Shown piece after piece: positions 50,342 through 63,060 of a stretch of DNA of 64,000 nucleotides. The notes below the pieces were generated by a model. It worked only from the letters and a program-made list of their open reading frames with translations. It was not told where the DNA came from and searched no databases. This stretch comes from Lama guanicoe. Its lineage: Eukaryota. Each line of letters opens with the position of its first letter. Position 1 is the first letter of the stretch. The position numbers and the translations under genes are program-made. The DNA lies in the NCBI GenBank assembly GCA_013239625.1, contig MU054187.1:13734974-13798973 (forward strand), in the 5' to 3' direction.

Positions 50342-50650
50342 CCGAGTCAGTCAACCCACTGCCTTGTTCTATATGGCCTCCAAGCCAAGAATGGTTTTCA
50401 CATATTTAAAGCATTGAAAAAAATCAAAAGGAAAGGAATATTTCATGACATGTGAAAATTACATGAAATTCAAATATCAGTCCCAATAAAGTTTTATGGG
50501 TGCATGGCCCCACTCACTCATTTGCATATCATCTCTAGCTGCTTTCACACTCTACCAGCAGAGTTGAGGGGTTGGAAAAGAGACCGTTTGGTCCACAAAG
50601 CTTAAAATACTTACCATGTGCCATTTACAGGAAATGTTTGCTGACCCCTG
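50342..50650 (+). mobile_element. MER58B-like MITE
   Basis: AAGAATGGTTTTCACATATTTAAA...ATGTGAAAATTACATGAAATTCAAAT...AATAAAGTTTTAT...GTTTGCTGACCCCTG. Confidence 0.85.
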
Positions 50651-51066
50651 CTTTAGGATGCTAATTCTGTGAACCGTACGTCATTCACAGTCCATTGCTG
50701 CCACTCCCAGATGACACAGCCCAGCCGCCAAGGCAGCTAATAAGTATGATGTTGCCAACCTCATGTTGTGAGGGATGTTTTTGTTCATCAGTGATAACAT
50801 CATGATTTGGCCTAATCCGTTGCTATGGGACGATTCATACAGTTAATCAGTAAGCATTTAATTAGAAAGCTGAATCAATGCTGTTAATGGGCATGCTTAA
50901 TATTCCATTGACAGAATTAACTGCTAGAGATCAAAGGTGTGTTCATCACCGCCCCCAGGCTCCCCCCACTATGGCAGTATTTTGTTGAACATAACCTCTG
51001 CGTGTAGTTTACACCTTGAAATAATTCAGATGAGTTAAATTCAGTGGGTTTGTATTTAACCCCTTC

Positions 51067-51648
51067 TGTATTGGTTTCCTATTGCTGCCAAAATAAATTA
51101 CCATAAACTTGACTTAAAAACAGTGCAAATTTTATTATCTCAGAGATCTGTGGGTCAGAAGTCCAGGGGGTCGAGTGATTTCTCTCTGTTCAGGTTGAGA
51201 CCAAGATGTCAGCAGAGCTGCATTCCTTTCTGGAGATTCTGGGAAAGAATCTGCTTTCCATGCTCCTCCAGATTGTTGGCAGAAGTCGGTTCCTTGTGGC
51301 TATAGGGCTGGGGCCCCTGCTTCCTTGCAGGCTGTCCCAGGAAGCTGCCTGCATCCCTCATCTTTATGCCCACCTCCATCGTCAGACCAGCGATGGCACC
51401 TCAACTCCTTCTCATGCTTCAAGTCTCTCTGTCTTCTCCTTCTGCCTCATCGCTCCTGCCTGTAGCCAGAGAACATTCACCTTTAAGGGCTTACGTGATG
51501 AGATTGATTCCTTCAGGCAGTTAAGGAAGATCTCCCTAAAGTTTATAACATTATTTCATCTGAAAAGTCTCTTTGCCATGTAATTTAAGAGATTCAGGTT
51601 GCAAGAATTAGAGTGAGGACATCGTTGGGGAGCCATTTGGCCAGCACA
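51067..51648 (-). mobile_element. MLT1D/E-like solo LTR
   Basis: TGTATTGGTTTCCTATTGCTGCC...AAATTACCATAAACTT...GTCAGAAGTCC...TGTTGGCAGAA...TTTAAGGGCTTACGTGAT...CA end. Confidence 0.85.
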
Positions 51649-52393
51649 TCTTCTGCGGATTCTGTCTTTCCAACCTGAGCATTCTGCTCCTCTGTGTTCC
51701 CCTTCAAGACAACGCAGGATCATCACATGGCCCTGGTGACTGTGTTCTCTTTTTCAGTTTGGGAGCCCCTTTTGCTGGGTCATTTCTTTGAACTGTAAAG
51801 TTGGCATTTCATCTGGGCGTCACCATGTTATTCCCATGCAACACAGTTAAACAGTCTAAGCCAAAATCGCTCAGAATATGTATACTTAGTCATTTCATGG
51901 ATAAAATATACATTAACAACACTATGAACATGGCACCTAGGCTTGTGCAGTGCACAACACACTCAGCCTGACACTGCCATCTTAACAAAAGTTCTGTCTA
52001 TATTCTGGTCACCCACCCTCTCTCTCTTCTAAAGTCAAAAGCAGGGGAGTGAGACTGAAAAACATGGGTGCTCTCTGAAGTTTGGAATATATCCATTTAT
52101 TCCTGACTTTTCAAATTATGGGCAAATTATCACCTTACTGGGTCCTCTATTCCTGGTTACCCATCTGAATCTTGTTGAAGTCCAGGTTTGGAAGAGTTCT
52201 TGGACTTAATCCAAGTGTGAGAAAACTTGAATTATTGTGGAAATTCAGGCTCCATTATAAATGCATTTAGAAAATGCTGGATAACTAACTGAAGGAGATC
52301 CCCACACGATGTGGGGGATGTGGTAATGGGGAACTTACCTTTCTGTTCACTGACTATAACCGCAGCACAGAGGCACTCAGAGAGAGTATAGAC

Positions 52394-52557
52394 CAGGACT
52401 GCTTAAACTCTAGCATGGTCGTCAGTCACTGGGGAACTTGTGAAATGCAGGTTCTAATGATATGAGTCTGGACTGGGACTTAAGACTCCACATTTCTAAC
52501 CACCTCCCAGGTGATGTAACCCCTGCAAGTCCATAGACCACACTTGTCATGGCAGGA
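52394..52557. mobile_element. MER5A1-like MITE
   Basis: CACTGGGGAACTTGTGAAATGCAGGTTCT...CATTTCTAACCACCTCCCAGGTGATG...GACCACACTT; flanks GTATAGAC / GTTTAGAT. Confidence 0.8.
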
Positions 52558-53879
52558 GTTTAGATGATGAGAATAATGGGTGAATTTCTTTCCGAAGGAT
52601 TATTTTCTTTCCCATTCTAATTTGTGATTTCTAGGTTAAATAAATTCATGTTACTGGGACAGTCAAATAATTCAGTTCCACTTTTCTTTCTTGGCATTGG
52701 GGTTTCAGTGTAATTTTAATGACACTGTATTCCCTCAGCAGGGAAAAACAACTATGAAGAATGCCATTCATTCTAATCAACTCTAATCTAATTAAAGAGA
52801 GTAATTAAGTGTATAAAAGAATACATCAAGTTAAAATTTGGATCCAAATAGGGTCCTGATGACTGGGTTAGCATGAGGAAGATCATTTTTTTCAAAATGT
52901 TTCAGGTACAATTGGAGAATAGACAGTGTGGTCTAATGGTTTGTGTTGATGGGGAGCCATTTGAGGTTGGACTAAAATAGTCCCTTCTCTCCCTCCTCGA
53001 CATCTCTTTTCAGCCTCCTAGAGTTCTTTGGGAAGCCCAGAAACATGCTAGCTTTTGTTGTGTGTGTTGTGTTGGTCCAGGCAGTATGAGTCCGAAATCT
53101 TAGCATTTGTGTTAAGTGGCCCCGGGTCCGGTCTGGGTGGATAGCACAGGCTCCACACTCGAGCCTTTTATGGGAGAAGCCTAACCCTCTCAGAGTGCTT
53201 TGTCATACCTGAAGCTTGGTGTGAGGCTGGGTATCCCCGGGGAGGTGCCTGCTTGTCTGTGTTTGCTGGCAAAGCTGGACTCCGATAGGCTTCTTCTCCC
53301 CATTCAATCCTGATTGAAGGTAGGTGGGGGCAGATATCACATCCCTCACCTTCCGTGGTCAAAGAATTTGAAAGCGTTTCTAAAGCAATATAGCTCAACT
53401 TAGGAGAGATTCTGAATCATCAAGATTAGGTTTGGTTACCATCAAAGTGAAGGAATTATCTTCCTGGTGACTCAGCTCAGTGTGCCTGATTGACAGCAGA
53501 GGCCCCTGAGGCATTCGGTGGGGTCCTCCTGGGGAACTTGGAGCCCAGGCTTGAACGAAGAGCATCTCTCTCTGCAGCCGAGATCTCACCAGGGATAGTG
53601 GGAAAGGCTCCCGGTCTTCAGTTTTATTTCCTCACCTCTAGTGCTACCGGGTTTGCATCTGGCTACTTTTGTAAGATGGAGGTACACTGCAAAGGCTGGT
53701 ACCCACCCTATGCAGAAAAGGGCTAAAACCTTATTTGGGGTATGAAAGATAAAGGCGAAAAGACAAGAGTCTGTGTGAACAAAGCATTCAGAGTAGACCA
53801 ATTCCCACCTGCCTGCCTTCGACCAAAAGTGTTTTATAATCTGGGTCTTCTCTGTGGCATCTGTTTCCTCAGAGAGAAA

Positions 53880-54075
53880 TGGTCTGATTCCTGGCACCCT
53901 TCTGCCTACTGGTTGTGTCACTTTGGGCAAGCTCCTTAATTTCCTAGTTGCCCCAGTTTTCTCATCTATGAAATGGGACTAGTAGAAATCCATAGGGGCT
54001 TGTGAGGATTATAAGCTTACACATCTGACTGATTAGGACATTGCCTGGCACATCCACGAGCTCGGTGAAAACTAG
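53880..54075 (+). mobile_element. MIR SINE
   Basis: TGTGTCACTTTGGGCAAG...CCCCAGTTTTCTCATCTATGAAATGGG...TGTGAGGATT...TGCCTGGCACAT. Confidence 0.85.
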
Positions 54076-54479
54076 CTCTTTCTGTTGAGTTTTCTGATGT
54101 TCAGAGAACCTGAGGCAACAGCAGTGAGATCAGAAGACATGGGTTCAGTCTGACTCTGGGCACCAATTTGGGCCTGTCACGCGGGGTCTCTGCAGCTCTG
54201 TCTCTGTAAAACAGGGAACATGGTACCTGTCTCTTCTGGTTCCAGTTAAGGTGAAAGGACAATTTATATGAAGAGGAGGTTGTCACTCGAGAAGGTTGAA
54301 GTCCAGCTCATGACAGCAAGTATGTACCTACTAAAAGGTATTAAGTTAACCGAGAGCAAGCAAACAAGCTGCTTCTCTAAATTAGACATCTTCTTGCAAA
54401 CACATACCCATTGTGAGCAGTGGAAGTGATGTGTTTTCCTCTAGTTTGTTCTAATCCTTTCATTTTGATTAAATGAGAT

Positions 54480-54725
54480 TATAATCATGACAACGACATT
54501 TACTGAATGCTTTATATCCTTCATCTCGTCAGTCCTTCCCACAACCAGGCAAAATCATGGTAGCGAATATTACGATCCCTGTTATACTGTATATTAGAAA
54601 TCTGCAGCTCAGAGAGGTTAAGCAACTTGCCGAAGGTCACATAGCCACTGAGGGGCAGAGGCAAGGCTGTAACCTAGTTCTCTCTGACGCCAAAGATGGC
54701 ATGCTTTACAACTACAATGTTCTCC
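54480..54725 (-). mobile_element. MIR SINE
   Basis: ACATTTACTGAATGC...GCTCAGAGAGGTTAAGCAACTTGCCGAAGGTCACATAGC...CTGACGCCAAAG. Confidence 0.85.
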
Positions 54726-56054
54726 CTTCCATAAGTCAAGTCAAATCTCTTGATCTCTCAGAGAAGTTTTTGTTGTGACAGTTCAAATTAGAGAAGATCA
54801 GGTCTTAATTTCAGTTCAAAGCAAGCAAGGTGGCCAAAGGAGAAGAAAGAGCAAGGGTTCACAAAAGTCAGGTGCTGATCCGTTTCTGACACTGACAAAC
54901 TCTGACATGCCTTAAGGCTGAATCGCTATCTTCCAGTCTTGAAATGCCTGCCTCCCAAAATCATCCCCCTTACAGGAGGGCGTCGTGAGCAGTACTGGGT
55001 TAGAAGGGGAAGGAATGGTTGGTGCTCTTACCTGGAAGCTGCCTTTGCTGAGTAAGCGCACGGTTCTTTTGAAAGTGCCATTCTTACTCGGGTGGCTTGA
55101 CGTGGTTGATAGTGATTCTAGAGCCAAAGCCTCCCTGCCACCATCTCTAGGTGATAGACCTGTGTGAGGCCTTCGACTCAGTCTCTGCCAACAATAACCA
55201 GAGGTAGGTGAAGATGAAAAAGTCTACTGCATAGTGTGGTCTGGAATAACCCAGTGTTTATTAGCCTTACTGGATTAAACTAGGCTGCAAAGAATAGCCC
55301 TACCCCTACACTAAATGAACTCTGTATTTCATACTGGCCCGTATCGAGAGAGTTAATCTGTTTTTGCTGGGCGAGTTGTACTAAGGGATTTCACAGCTTA
55401 GTTCATTGCTTTTGTAAACAACGTTTTTCCTCCTCCTTCTGAATAGATCTTTTTGTAGGGAAATTAGAGCTATCAGTCCACCCAGAGGGATGTAATCACG
55501 TCACTCTTTTCCATCAGATGATCCTATTAGCTGATCGTAAGCATGTGTGTGGGCTGGGAGACGGGAGGAAGCAGAGAAGGAACCTAGAAGGCAGAAATGT
55601 GTGCGGTGTTGCTCATGCTGCTAACAGCAAAGATGTGCCCCAGTGCTCCTGGTTGAGCTCAGAGACACACTCTCTCTCTCTGTCTCTCTCCCTCCCTTTC
55701 TCTTACTGTCCTTTCAAAGTAGCTAAATCTTGAAAGTCTTGGAAGACCTCAAGTTCCTCTTCTCTCATCTCCTTCATGTATAAATGTCATTTAACAGTTG
55801 AGTTGCACTGTTATGCATTTGACGAAAAGACTATTAAACCTACAGGTCACCAAGGACTTGCCATCAACCTTGTATGAAAACAGTGAGGAACAAAAGTAGA
55901 GTAGGGGCTGCAAAGCCAACTAGACACCAGATTTGAAGGTACTTGAGGGGAATATTAAAAAGAAGAAGGAGGAGGAGAACACCAGCTGTGGAGTGAGGAG
56001 TAAACAGAAGTAAAAACTGGAAGGACTGTGGGTGGGTGCTTCCTTGTTTCTCCT

Positions 56055-56210
56055 CTTACCAACCCTGAGACTTGGGCCTTTGTGTTCTCATCTGCAAAAT
56101 GGGATAATCATAATGCCAATGTCATATAGTTGTGAAGACTGAGTGAAAAAATAATGGAAAGCAATTGGCACAGATTATCACCTGTGTTCATTTGCTATTG
56201 TTAGAATCAT
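56055..56210 (+). mobile_element. MIR fragment
   Basis: TTCTCATCTGCAAAATGGGATAATCATAATGCC...GTTGTGAAGACTGAGTGA. Confidence 0.75.
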
Positions 56211-57742
56211 TACTCTTTTCCTCACAGTAGTAATTAGAGATTCTGTGAGGGATCATTTAAGATCCTATGAGCTTTGAAATGTGTCAGAACCTGTTCTGTC
56301 ATCTCGTCTTTTTTTTACCCCCTTCCATTTTTATCTTTCACATTACGCTAAAACTAGAGTAAACACCCCAAGGTTTTCCCTGGTAAGTATATGGAAACTT
56401 GCAAAGTATTGATAAACCGTGGTGAAATTAAGCCTTTTTGCTCTTTAATCCCTAGAAGCTATTTCTACCCAGGGCTCTGGCCACCAAGTTTCACAATTGT
56501 TTGGTCTAATTGTTTGGTCTCTCTCCAAAATAACCACGTCACAATCTCTTTCACAGCCCCAGAAAATCCTTTTGTAGAAGCTGAGTTCTTCTCTTAATAA
56601 CTGCTTCTAATGGTTCCATTTGCTTGTATAAGGCAAACACCTATATTTTTAACTCAGCCTTAAAATCTTAACTACTGTCTAATTTCTGCCTCTTAAATTA
56701 AAAAAAAAACGAACTACAACGCAGCAATGCCCCCTAACTCCTGTGAAATTCAATTTCAATCAATTCATAGCTTTTTATAGCTTCTAGAAGAAACTCAGAA
56801 ACCCTTCGATGCCATTTCTTTCATCTTACAATTGAAGGAGTGATATTGGAGAGTTTGGAACCTGCTCAGACACACGGTTATTCTGAAAGAGCCTGGAACT
56901 TCTACTCCGTTGTACCATTTCCCATCCCCAAATGGAAAAACTCCAAATAAAAACACCCTTCATGCCTTTAGAGGATGAATGCCCAAAGAAAGCATTTCCA
57001 GGGCCAGCTTTAGACGGTATTAAATTCATTACCCAACTTATGTAGATCATTTTGTCTTCTTTGAATTCTCATTATTGGCTGCAGACAGTCCCAGTGTGCA
57101 CAAATTATCACCTGGATCTCTCCTTCTTTCTACCTACAGTGGTGGTCCTGGCTGGAAATGGGAATCAGTCGTTAAACTTTTAGGTACTTTTATGTTTAAC
57201 AAATTCATCATGATACAAAGGAAGCCAGGATTTTCAGGTCCGTGATATTTGAGGCTGATGAACATGACCTTCCCCAGCTCGGTCTTTGTTGTAGAAGAGC
57301 CACACGACTCCTGATTCTGATCCCAGATGACTGTAAGCTTGCTCCACCATCCATCGTGGAAGCTCAGAAATAGAATGAACAGGCCCCAGATCTCTTGATT
57401 GAATGTCCACCAGTTATGTCACTGGTTACCTGTTTCTCAACCTTCAGGCAGAACATTCCCAGCTCTCGTGTGTTTATTTCAAAACCTCCTTACTGTTTCA
57501 CATTTTCTTCCGGTGGTTGGAGATTTCTCCACCTCCCGCTGCGGTGGCTGCCTTATGCTATTATTTGACAAACAGAGCCTCTTTCCTCTGGCCTCTCCTC
57601 TGCCTCTCACCCAGATATTCTGCTCCACAACTCTCCCTGGGGGAGAAGGCTCGTTCCTCCCTAGGGTTGTGCAAGGAAGCCAAGGGAAGTCTGTGCTTTC
57701 ACCCGAGTTTGCTCCTCAGGCTTCATGATTTTACCGAGTGGA

Positions 57743-58040
57743 GCAGTGTTTTAGAATCCTGGCCGTCTTCTGGAATCACTGAGGGAGCATTGGAAATGAA
57801 ACTTACTGTGGTAGCCACTTCACAGTATATGTAAGTCTAGTCATTATACTGTTCACCTTAAATGTACACGGCACTGTATGTCAATTATATGATGATAAAA
57901 TTGAAAGGAAAGAAAAAGGTAGGAACCAGGGCCACCCTGGAGACCACTTGAAACATAATTTCCGGGGGGAGGTCCTGGCATAGGTCTGCTTTTAAGCTTC
58001 CCAAGTTAACCTAGTATGCAGCCAGAGTTCAGAACTTCTC
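57743..58040. mobile_element. MER5B-like MITE interrupted by an L1 3' end
   Basis: CAGTGTTTT...GGAATCACTGAGGGAGC [L1] ...TTTTAAGCTTCCCAAGTTAACCTAGTATGCAGCCAGAGTTCAGAAC. Confidence 0.65.
57797..57918 (+). mobile_element. L1MC-like 3' terminus
   Basis: AAACTTACTGTGGTAGCCACTTCACAGTATATGTAAGTC...CACCTTAAAT...CTGTATGTCAATTATAT...ATAAAATTG. Confidence 0.8.
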
Positions 58041-58394
58041 AGTGAGTTTTCCTTTAACAGAGAATAAAACTAAACATAGAAATAAGGACTGAACCCCTGA
58101 AAGGTTAGACAGATCCACAGTGTCAAATAAAGGAGAGCTAATGGCAGAGAAGGCAGGGCTGGGCCTGATGAGAAGACATTATGGATTTTTTTTAATACTT
58201 TTTTCAAGAGCAGTTGATCAAATGCATCACTGCATGTGTCTGGAGCTGTAGCCTCAGGGTGGTGGGGCCATGGCCCTGACCCATGATAAAGGGGCTTTTG
58301 GACCCTTTTAAGCAAGACATGGAGGAATAGAGTAGTATGTGCTTTGTTCAGTGAATGGTGATCATTAACTCTCGTTCTGGGTTTTACTTGCTGT

Positions 58395-58545
58395 GTGATA
58401 CTGACTGTTCATTGTACATCAGTTTCCTGCAACACAGTGACTTCTCCAGTAATGGGAACATGTCTGTCTCCAGCGCTAGACACACAGCAGGAGCTAAAGA
58501 TGTGCTTGTGGAGCAAACAAATAAGGGAAGAATGAGTAGATGAAC
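58395..58545 (+). mobile_element. L2 3' terminus
   Basis: TCTCCAGCGCTAGACACACAGCAGGAGCTAAAGATGTGCTTG...GAATGAGTAGATGAA. Confidence 0.5.
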
Positions 58546-59784
58546 AACAAAATCGTACCTCTGGGGCAGTCCGCCATCTTGCTGGGTTTTGTTATGGTTG
58601 TCAGTGATCTGGCATCAGGGCATGAAGTAACCCAAGTCCTGCCTTATCAAGTCCTTTAGAAAAATCACATCCTGCCCTTTCGGAACATGCTCTCAACGGG
58701 TATCTGTAGTAGCACTCAATCCAGTGTGCTGGGAACACGAATGCTGAGGTCTAGGAATTTAAAAAAAAAAGAAAAACTTCATTAAAAATTTCATTTTTAA
58801 GCTCTATAAAATCAGAGGCTAGATGAAAAAGTATAAGAAAGCCCATATAACAACTCATGATAAAAAAAACATTAGGAAGAAGGAATTTAATGACAGTGTA
58901 TAAACTGTCGGTGCTACATTATCATTGACTTCAATGCGGACCAACTGGCTTCATGATTTTGGTGAAAAACTTTATCTTCTAAACCTAACGTTTTTTAAAT
59001 GATGCTATTATAAGCTAGTCAGTTAATTCCACTTTAAATTACCAATGATGCAAGACCAGGCTTAAGAAAAGGTATAAAAGTGAAAGAAGCTTGTCTTAAC
59101 TGCCCTCCTCAGCCATAGCCTCAGAAACTTACACAGTGATGCTTATTCTATGCATGTTCATATATTGGAAAAGGAGGCAGAGGGGGGAAAGGGGGAGGAG
59201 ATTGGTAAATAGACAGTGAGAATTAAAAGAATTGTTCTAAATGAAAGCAAAAGTGCAGGAGATCAAGCAATAGCTAGCTTGTATAATTATTAATTATGCC
59301 ATTGATTAAACTGCCTCAATTCCCTCTTTACAATCAAACAAAATTTTCTTACTTAATTAAATTTTTGATGCATCGAAGTACCATCATATGCTTTCATTTG
59401 GGGATGATTATTTTGATGGTAACGGTTCTACTGGTGATAACAGACCTAACTGCACCCTACTACTAGATGCATCCATTTTTTTCATATCCCTTAAAGCACC
59501 TTCCAGGGACTTACTTTCCTGTAACTACCCAGGTAGGTTAAATCAAGCCCATGTAGTTAATTCTTCACTGTCTGCTCGAGAGAGAGAGAGAGATGCATTA
59601 TGTCCTTCTGTGTCAGGAAAATAAATGGACATTCTGGATGTCCTGGACTAGACCTTCTTTCCCCACTTGGATACTCTCATTACTACTGCCTCCAGGCCTC
59701 TTAACCTCTGTTTTTATATCATGTTAAATTAGAAACCAATGAAATTGGGTATTGTGAGCTCTCCTCGAGCCATGTGAATACTGA

Positions 59785-60010
59785 AAGAGCATGATGGCTA
59801 GCATGCGCCAGAACTTGGTGATCAGGCCGCCTGGACTTGAATCTTGACGCTGCTTCTCAGTGGCAGTATGCCTCTGGAGAGGCTACTTAACTAAGACTCA
59901 GTTTTCTCGTCTGTAAAATGAGCACCATCAGACCTCACAGGCTAGTCACAAAGATGAATAAAATAATGTCTTGTAAAACACTTAACACCGTGCCTGGGAC
60001 CAGTGAAGAG
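59785..60010 (+). mobile_element. MIR SINE
   Basis: TTGAATCTTG...ACTCAGTTTTCTCGTCTGTAAAATGAG...ACCTCACAGG...GTAAAACACTTAACACCGTGCCTGG. Confidence 0.85.
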
Positions 60011-60230
60011 CTGGCTGGGTCTTAAGTACTAAATATAATATTTAGCCAGATATTTCATGGGAAGTTGTGCCAGGGACCTCCATAAGCCAGAAACACTTAT
60101 TCACTGAGTTGTCAACTACTTATTAATCATAAATACTCTGAACACAGGGCTACATTAAGCCCAGGATTTGAATGAACCTTGAAGTTTAATTAAGGAGGAT
60201 TTAGTTAAGTAAGTAGAAAGGAAGAATAAT

Positions 60231-60635
60231 CTGTGCTGTCCATTATCATAGCCTCTAGTTACATGTAGCTACTGAGTACTTGAAATGTGGCTCGTCTAAA
60301 CTGAGATGTGCTCTAAGTGTAGAAGACACACCTGATTTTAGAAACTTTGTCCAGAAAAAGAAAATGTAACCACATTCACTTATATTGATTATATGTTGAA
60401 CTGATAATATTTTGGATATATTGTGGTAAATGAAATGTAATGAACTTTCCCCATGCCAGGCACTCACGGATCTTTATACCTTTGAAAAGCATGACTGTTA
60501 GAAAACTTAAAATTACATATATTAAATGAAATGTAATGAACTTCACCTATTTCTTTATACCTTTGAAAAGCATGACTGTTAGAAAACTTAAAATTACATA
60601 TATGGCTCACAGTCTATTTCTAGCAGACAACACTA
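60231..60635 (-). mobile_element. MER33 MITE carrying a recent internal complex duplication/insertion
   Basis: CTGTGCTGTCC...GAGTACTTGAAATGTGGC...TGAGATGTGCT...AAAATTACATATATGGCTCAC...; internal 21-bp and 52-bp exact repeats (see findings). Confidence 0.85.
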
Positions 60636-62834
60636 TTCTAGATGGTGCAGCTCATCATTAAAAAGAAAACAGTGGAATGGGCATGACTCAAAAAACTTCT
60701 ATTGATACACACGAGAAAGGCACCCACAGTACCTTATCTAACCTGGTTCATAACACCTGGGGGCTTTGAGGTCACCTGCATCTTTTACATACTAAGTGCA
60801 GTTGAGGGAGTTACAACTATGGCTCTCATCATCTAAAAACCCACCTAAGCATTAGAGGAATTTTCCTAAACACTTTTGAGAACTTCACAGCACCCTGTTT
60901 GTCTTCTGCAAAATCAGATATCAAAAAAGCAAAATAAAGGTAACAGCTCACTGCTTGTTCTGTGATCTTTGGATCCTCTCTGTTCAGAGAACTTTTTTTT
61001 TTATTTTTGCATTAGTTTGTGTAGTATTTTGGCCAATAGAATCGAGACATATTTTGGAGTGCTTTGTTGAAAAAATATAAGATGTAAAATAAGTCTGAAT
61101 ATAGAGAACTTGAAATCAGGAGAAAAAAGGCACATTTTAAAGCTTTTAGCCTTGTCAAGAAATAGCTATTTTGACTTTCGGATAGATAGCTTTTGAGCCT
61201 GCCAAGGAAAGGAAACAAAATTTCAGCTAGCCTACCAGAACTTGATTTTCTTTTTTTCCCCATGTGCCAAATTTGAAGTGGCTGTTCTATCTTCTAGTGC
61301 AGGAGCACGCTTTCACTGCTTCCAGAAACATCCAGGGACCCTTTGCATGCATAGCCAATAAACACAAAGCATCTTGAACCTTTAGCTTTTTGAAATAAAT
61401 AAGGGAAGGGTGGAAGTAAGGATAGAAAGAAAAACAGAATCTTCATGGAGATTCTTCTGCTTGGCAGCAGCATCATGTTTAACTGAGGAGGAGTGTGATC
61501 AGCTAGAACTCTCTGGAAGTTAATTTCAGGTACGGAGCAAAAAGTTCCTTGGTCATCCCAGGACAGTGAGAGTATGGCACACCTTAGACCCTGCATTACT
61601 GCCTAGTCTAGACTGAGACCCTTCAGTGTTTATCCTGAGGTTTCTTTCCAACCATTCTGTGTGTCCCGCTCACATCACCCGCAGGGAGGAAGATCTCTCC
61701 GCAGTGTGGGCCATGGCCATTCACTTTGCCGGGATGTGTTTGTCTGCCTTTCGGTGAGAATGTGGTGCACGTTTTTGAGGCTGACTCCTCTTTTCCTTCT
61801 GAATTTGTATCAGTTTTGATCACTGCTATGTCCTCCCTTCTGGCAACTACTCTTTCATGCCATGAATCCCTAATGGAAAATATAGGGACTCTAGACACTT
61901 CCCATACAGAACTGATTTTTGAAGACCGGTGGACATCTGCATGAGCAAAGGAAACTTCGTCTGTTGGACAAATTTCTCTTTGCTCTGAGCGGAGGCCTAT
62001 AGAGAAAACTTGCAGGAAGGAAATTTAAACAAACTTTTCTCTCATGTTCCCAGCAATTTGAAATTGGCTGAATTGGGACAACCCAAAATAACCTTTGTTT
62101 GTCTGTAGGTTATATTGCTTTGAACATCTGGGGAAAGAATGGCCCTTCATTCATTGAAACGTGTGCAGTGAATAAATAGTGATAACATTATGATCAGCAA
62201 CCTAAATTTATGTGTAAAATGCCATGTTCTTTCAAAGTGGATTTTGTGTTGTACATGAACCAGTTGTTTTCATACCCCAAAAACAATCATTCATACCAGA
62301 AATTTAATTACCTGTGTGTACCATAACTGTGCCAACCACATTAAACCCTGGTTTTTTAAAATCACACACCCCTTTCTCTTCAGCCAAATGCTATCTGGAA
62401 ATGAAATGTTTTTTTGTTTTGTTTTATTTTTTTTTGCAGTGAATTATACTGCTTGATGATATTTTCTGATTTCTTGCCAGATTTCTATCTATACCATTTA
62501 GTCAGTTTGGCCAGTCCTGATGGTACAGGTTGGAATCTTTATAACAAAAGGAAAGGAAGCAAGAGATGAAAAGGTGTTTGACTGGCAGTGTAATATGTTG
62601 GTGCCACACACTGGACCCTGAAAATAATAATACCATTGCTCCTACAGCATTAGGACAAGCTTTGCACAATTGGAGGCTGCCATATTAGAAACCACACGTT
62701 TGTCTAAAGAACACACACGTAGCCTTTGACTAGAATGTCACTAGCAGTACCCTGGATTTAAAGCAGAGTCGTCACTATCTGTTAAATGTGTGTCAAGCAT
62801 TTGTGTGGGTCTCTGACTGTATTAGCAAACAATC

Positions 62835-63060
62835 CTATCAAGATTTGTTGAGTGTTTTCCCCATGCCAGGCACTCACGGATCTGTTCATTTCCATTCTCT
62901 CAAGGAGTCCTTGGCAGAAGCCTGTGAGCTTCTTTCTCTTGCTCTACAAATAAAGAAACAGATATCTAGAGGAATTAAACAGCTTGATCAAAAGAAATGA
63001 AAGTCAAGACTGAAATCCAAGTCAGCCGCCCCCAAGTCTAGCAATAGACTTGTTGCTCCA
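62835..63060 (-). mobile_element. MIR SINE
   Basis: ATTTGTTGAGTG...ATGCCAGGCACT...TACAAATAAAGAAACAGA...GAAATCCAAGTCAGCC...CCCCAAG. Confidence 0.7.

Noticed and set aside
56495..56520. Short exact tandem duplications (13 bp here; 10 bp at 30751-30770)
   Set aside because: Common slippage products with no further structure.
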